NCBI RefSeq assembly: GCF_036321535.1
Contig: NC_087437.1
Coordinates: 27,840,001 to 27,904,000 of the forward strand
Source of the DNA: Camelus dromedarius
Lineage: Eukaryota
Direction of reading: 5' to 3'
Length of the DNA: 64,000 bases
Both the position numbers and the translations under genes were made by a program. This document shows, in pieces, positions 59,764-64,000 of the stretch. The notes under the pieces were generated by a model. That model was not told the origin of the DNA. It did not search any database and saw only the letters and a list, made by a program, of their open reading frames with translations. How positions within the stretch are numbered: the first letter of the stretch is position 1; every line of letters starts with the position of its first letter.

Positions 59764-62045
59764 ATTATTTTTATTCGGTAATTTTTCTTATGACTAATAC
59801 AATTGGCTTCATAAAAACCCAAATAACATTTGCAGTTGACCTTAGCATGGACAAAAGAAAATTAATTTAATAGCTGTGAAATCCATTTTATTATCATTAA
59901 ACTTTTCTAAGCCTCATTTTTCTCCTCTCCCTATTAACTCAAACATTTGTAGGTGGAAATGGAAAATGAACGCTACAAGGAGGAACAATAAACAGAACGT
60001 AAAAGAAAGTTGTTTTGAAGATAAAGGGAGAATGTACTTTTGGAACAATTTGGGGAATAGAATTAAAATGATCAAAAACAAAATGAAAACACACACCATC
60101 ATTTACTCCTTTTTTCCTCCATAACCTCCACAGTCATCTTGGCACTGAAACATAAACTTGTTAACAACCAAAATAAACTTTAGATCAAGCCTCGGTTGTT
60201 TTCTGGCTTTAACTTTTTAGTCTTCATTTCTGCTGGTGATAATTTGTATGATCTGTTCGTGGATGTTCCAAAGATGGGTTAAACTAGTGTAGTGCTAGAA
60301 AGAAAAATATCTTCAATCATAAAGGTGAAATAAATACACCTACAATGCTTTGTCCTATTTCATTACATAGGAGCAATATAAATACCAAGAAAAGCTTTTG
60401 CAGAACTATGGAAGAACTTCATTTAAAATTTTTCCTGCAAAACAGGAGCAGTAAACGTATGTAAAGCTTGTATTTTGGCATCTGGCCTTTATTCAGTAAG
60501 CCCTCAACAAATTATGGAACAAAAGCCTTCAGTAAATCATAGAATAAGAGCACTCAACAGATTAAAGAACAAAAGAAGGGTTTCCATATTCAGTGGTGAT
60601 CAGGTCCAGGCCAAGGGGGTGTTATTTGTCCTTTATGGAAATTTTGGAAAAGCTATTCTTGATTCTTATTGGAGCTTGGCTCCAATGCTCTGAAAAGCTA
60701 TAAGCAGGCTCGCTGATGTGGATGTCAAATATCTACTAAAGTTTCCTTAGATTTTCTTTCTGGCAGATCATTTTGTTCTAAGGCTATTTATAGACAAATG
60801 AAAAATTACAGAAGGGGCTTTAAGTGATAATTTAGATTTCTCATTGTCCCCATGATGGGAATAAAGAAGACAGGAGGCAGTATAGTGGGATGGATGCATT
60901 ACTCCTTTTTGGCTTTGGGTTCTTAGAGAGGTAACTGAAAAACGAATGCTGTAGGATGACTAGACAAGTCTAAGGGGCTTCCTGGAACCTTTCAGGGGGT
61001 GATCCTCCAAGAATTCTGAAGTGAAAGGGGTCCATATAAAGCTGCTTCATCTTAAGGCAGGTATGGCTGAGAGTTGTAGGTGGTGATCAATGTCTGATCT
61101 CCTCAACTCAGAGTTGCCTCCCATATCTGTTCCAGCTGTAGGAGCCTTCCCAGTAGACGAGTCTTCTCTTCTCTGCTTGTCCATGGAGTCTCCTCAAAAA
61201 ACATTCTTTCTTCAACTCTGGACCGACTTTTGTTTTACTTCCTTATAAGCATTATCTCAACTCTCACTTTCTCCTTGACATCGAGGGATGAATTTATGAG
61301 TTAAATATGTAATGCATATGTGTGTATATATATTATATATTACTAATAATTCAAGTAACATTTTATTTTATAGCTTTCACATGTAACAATTTCTTCTTAT
61401 AAAAAATAATTTCATAGTGTTCATCTGTCAGAGAAGGAGTTACTACAGAGTCTTTCTTTATGGAAAAGGCACTCTGGTGAGTAAGGATTTCTTCTCAAAT
61501 CCTGTCTGTTATATAAGGGATTGTAAACAGGAATTAACAGATATATTGAATTTTATTCAATCACAAATAATCAGCAGACCTATTTAACAAACATTTATCC
61601 ACCACCTACCACACGCCAGACACTATTATCTCCTTTTGCTCATAACCCTACAAATAACCCTTTCTCCTTTGCTGAAAGAACATTCTGACTTACTATTAAA
61701 GGAATGTGTCCTGTTTAAAATCAAACCTTGGACTCTTCAGAGCAAAACTTATGTGTACCCAGATTCTAAATACTTCTTATTACCCACTGATTTGTGATGG
61801 ATGAGCAGTTAGAGTTACTTTTGGGCAAGCACTGGCATCCTGATCTAAAGCTTAGCGGAGTGTGTTTGGTCTAGAAATTGGTCAGGCTATTTTAGTATTT
61901 AGACCATAAAATGGTACAATGAGACTTCCACTTCAGTTCCAAGATGAGAAGAGAAGAAATTTAGAAAAATAAGCAATAGAAGTCATAACCAAGATTTCTG
62001 ACTTTGAAAAATGTGTTTTAGTCCTACATTTGGAAAAAATTAGTC

Positions 62046-62070
62046 TTTTTTTTTTTTTTTTTTTTTTTTT
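62046..62070. repeat. Poly(T) run (25 nt)
   Basis: Read directly. Confidence 0.95.
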
Positions 62071-62539
62071 GGTAAGAGAAATATCTCCTTTTCCTGTTTG
62101 CTTTTATTTCTTTCTATTGATGTCATTCTCCTTATTGTAATTAGTTCTAGGTTTTTGGAGTATTTTTCAAAAATCCTAGGCTTGGAAGTTTATTGATCAT
62201 AGAATTATTTTTCATTTCTTGAAAGTGCAGCAAACCTATGTTAATAATTGGAATATTTCCAAATATCCTAATAGGCACTAGATATACTATAATGATGTAT
62301 GTTGTAAATCTCCCGTATCAAATTTCTTATAGTTTGATTCATATTTTTATTCCTTTATTCTGTAAAAAATCATGTGTTGTACCCCTTCTATGTTACTACT
62401 TGCTAGTCTCTATGCCAAACTTCAGGAATGTATGAGTTGGTTGAAATACTAACATAAAGCCTATTAAGAAAGAATAGATGTAAACAAATATAATCCCTTG
62501 TTCCTACATGGAATAGCATCACCATGATAAAGTATAATG

Positions 62540-63310
62540 GTACCAGGGAGGAGGAATTGACTTATCTATTCGGAAGGAAGGGGTGAGTGAAGACTATTGG
62601 AGGAAGTGACACTTGAACTGGGTATGGAAGGACAAATAGGTAAATGTTAGAGATAGTGGAGAGCAGCAGTGTGGTGTGGGGTGTAATGTTTTTCTAAACT
62701 TGTGCAAAAGACTTTAGGAGCACAAAATAATATTATTTGTTAAGGAAAACATTCATTCTTTATTCTTTTACTTGGAAAACATTTATTAAGTGCCTGCTTT
62801 TATAGAACATTGTATTAGGAGAAACAAAGGTAATTAAAAAGTTTCCTCTCCTTAAGGGGGAAGGTAGTAAGAGATAAGTCTGGAAAAGTAAACAGTATCA
62901 TACTAAGAAATACAGATTTTTACCCTGATAGTAATGAAAAGTCATTGATGACACCAAGGTGAGAAACAAGAACAGACCAGTATTTTAAAAAGATAGTGCT
63001 AGGAGCAGTTTGGAGGATAGGCTATGGGAAGAGAGGAGAAATGAAAGACATCAAGCCCCCTGAGGAAGCATTTCAGGAACTCAGGAGAGATAATTAGGGC
63101 TGAGTGAGAGCTGAAATGAAGAGAAGTTACTGATGTAAAATTAGATGAGGAATCAACCAGGTTTGGGGAAGGAAAAGAGAAAGAGTTTTAAACTTGTAAA
63201 ATAGACTTGGATGAGGTACTAAAATCAAGATAGAGAAAATAGGTCTAAGAATAAATTGAGGGATAAATCAATTATTTGGGGACCTACTGAGCTTAAAGTT
63301 TATTTAAAGT
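62540..63310 (-). mobile_element. L2 fragments
   Basis: ggaggaagtgacacttgaactggg; aaacatttattaagtgcctgc; taatgaaaagtcattga...gcagtttggaggatagg. Confidence 0.65.
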
Positions 63311-63379
63311 TTATTTCTAGTCCAGTCTACTCCTCTGATAATGACATCTAACTGCTTATTAAATGTCCCACAGATACTT

Positions 63380-64000
63380 TATACTTTGTCTCTATGATTT
63401 TTTGAGTCCTGTACATATCTCATATAAGTGGAATCCACAGTATGTTTTTGTGTGTGTGTATGTGACTAGCTTATTTAACTCAGCACAATGTCTTCAAGTT
63501 TCATCCACATTGTAGCATGTCAGAATTTTCTCCTTTTTGAGGGCCAAATAACAGTCCATTGTATGCATATGCACATTTTGCATATCCATTCATCTCTCTA
63601 TGGACTCTTGAGTTGCTTCCATGTGAATAGCTATTAGCTATTGTGAATAATGCTGCTATGAAAATGGTTGTATGTGTTCTTTGAGACTCTACTTTCAATT
63701 CTTCTGCGTATATATATATCCAGAGGTGGAACTGTGGGATCATATAATTCTATTTTTTATTTTTTGCCATACTGTTTTCCGCAGTAGCTGCAACATTTTA
63801 CATTCCCATCAAGAGTACACAGGATTCCAGTTTCTCCACCTCCTTGCCAACACTTGATATTTTCTGTTTTTGTTTTGTTTTTGTCCTGTAGTAGCCATCC
63901 TAATGGGTGTAATATGGTTATCTCATTAAAGTTTTGATTTGCATTTCCCTAATAATTAGTGATGTTGAACATCTATTCATGTGCTTACTGGTCATTTGTG
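63380..64000 (-). mobile_element. L1 (L1MB-like) 3'UTR/ORF2 end, running past the window edge
   Basis: catatctcatataagtggaatc...tattgtgaataatgctgctatgaa...cattcccatcaagagtacacagg...ttgatttgcatttccctaataattagtgatgttgaacatc; ORF 63501-63743 contains IFIAALFTIA. Confidence 0.92.

Noticed and set aside
62046..62070. Solo poly(A) retro-insertion
   Set aside because: No flanking TSD visible, so it is treated as a simple homopolymer.
1..64000. Prokaryote-style systems (CRISPR arrays, operons, defence islands, IS elements)
   Set aside because: The sequence is mammalian (L1/L2/MIR/MaLR content, CpG depletion). There are no regularly spaced repeat-spacer arrays and no dense ORFs.

Overview
This is AT-rich, CpG-depleted mammalian genomic DNA, most likely from a camelid (camel, alpaca or llama). 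The evidence is a ~93-bp tRNA-derived SINE at 36988-37080 of the camelid Vic-1 type and young artiodactyl-type L1 3' ends; I saw no Alu, B1/B2, Bov-tA/BovB, PRE1, ERE or Can-SINE copies. I found no recognisable protein-coding gene, tRNA, rRNA or CRISPR array. The ORF track is explained by L1 ORF2 remnants and chance ORFs, so the window reads as gene desert or deep intron. Much of it is layered transposon debris: L1 of several ages, L2, MIR, MaLR/ERVL/ERV1 solo LTRs, and hAT and Tigger MITEs, several with readable target-site duplications (TSDs). The most interesting signals are: (1) three STAT GAS motifs clustered across an old-LTR/young-ERV1-LTR junction at 19.4 kb; (2) a CpG-retaining unique block at 43.5-44.1 kb with an ER6 nuclear-receptor element, NR5A sites and an Oct/Sox-like composite; (3) a possible minus-strand spliced non-coding transcript over 43.5-46.7 kb; (4) motif modules at 20.8 kb and 48.6 kb; (5) unusual retroelement structures (a twin-primed L1, an internally deleted L1 with both termini, and an LTR with a duplicated 5' terminus). 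Repeat family names are from memory of consensus sequences and were not confirmed by a search; boundaries of old repeats are approximate. I cannot support a claim of a new biological system here.
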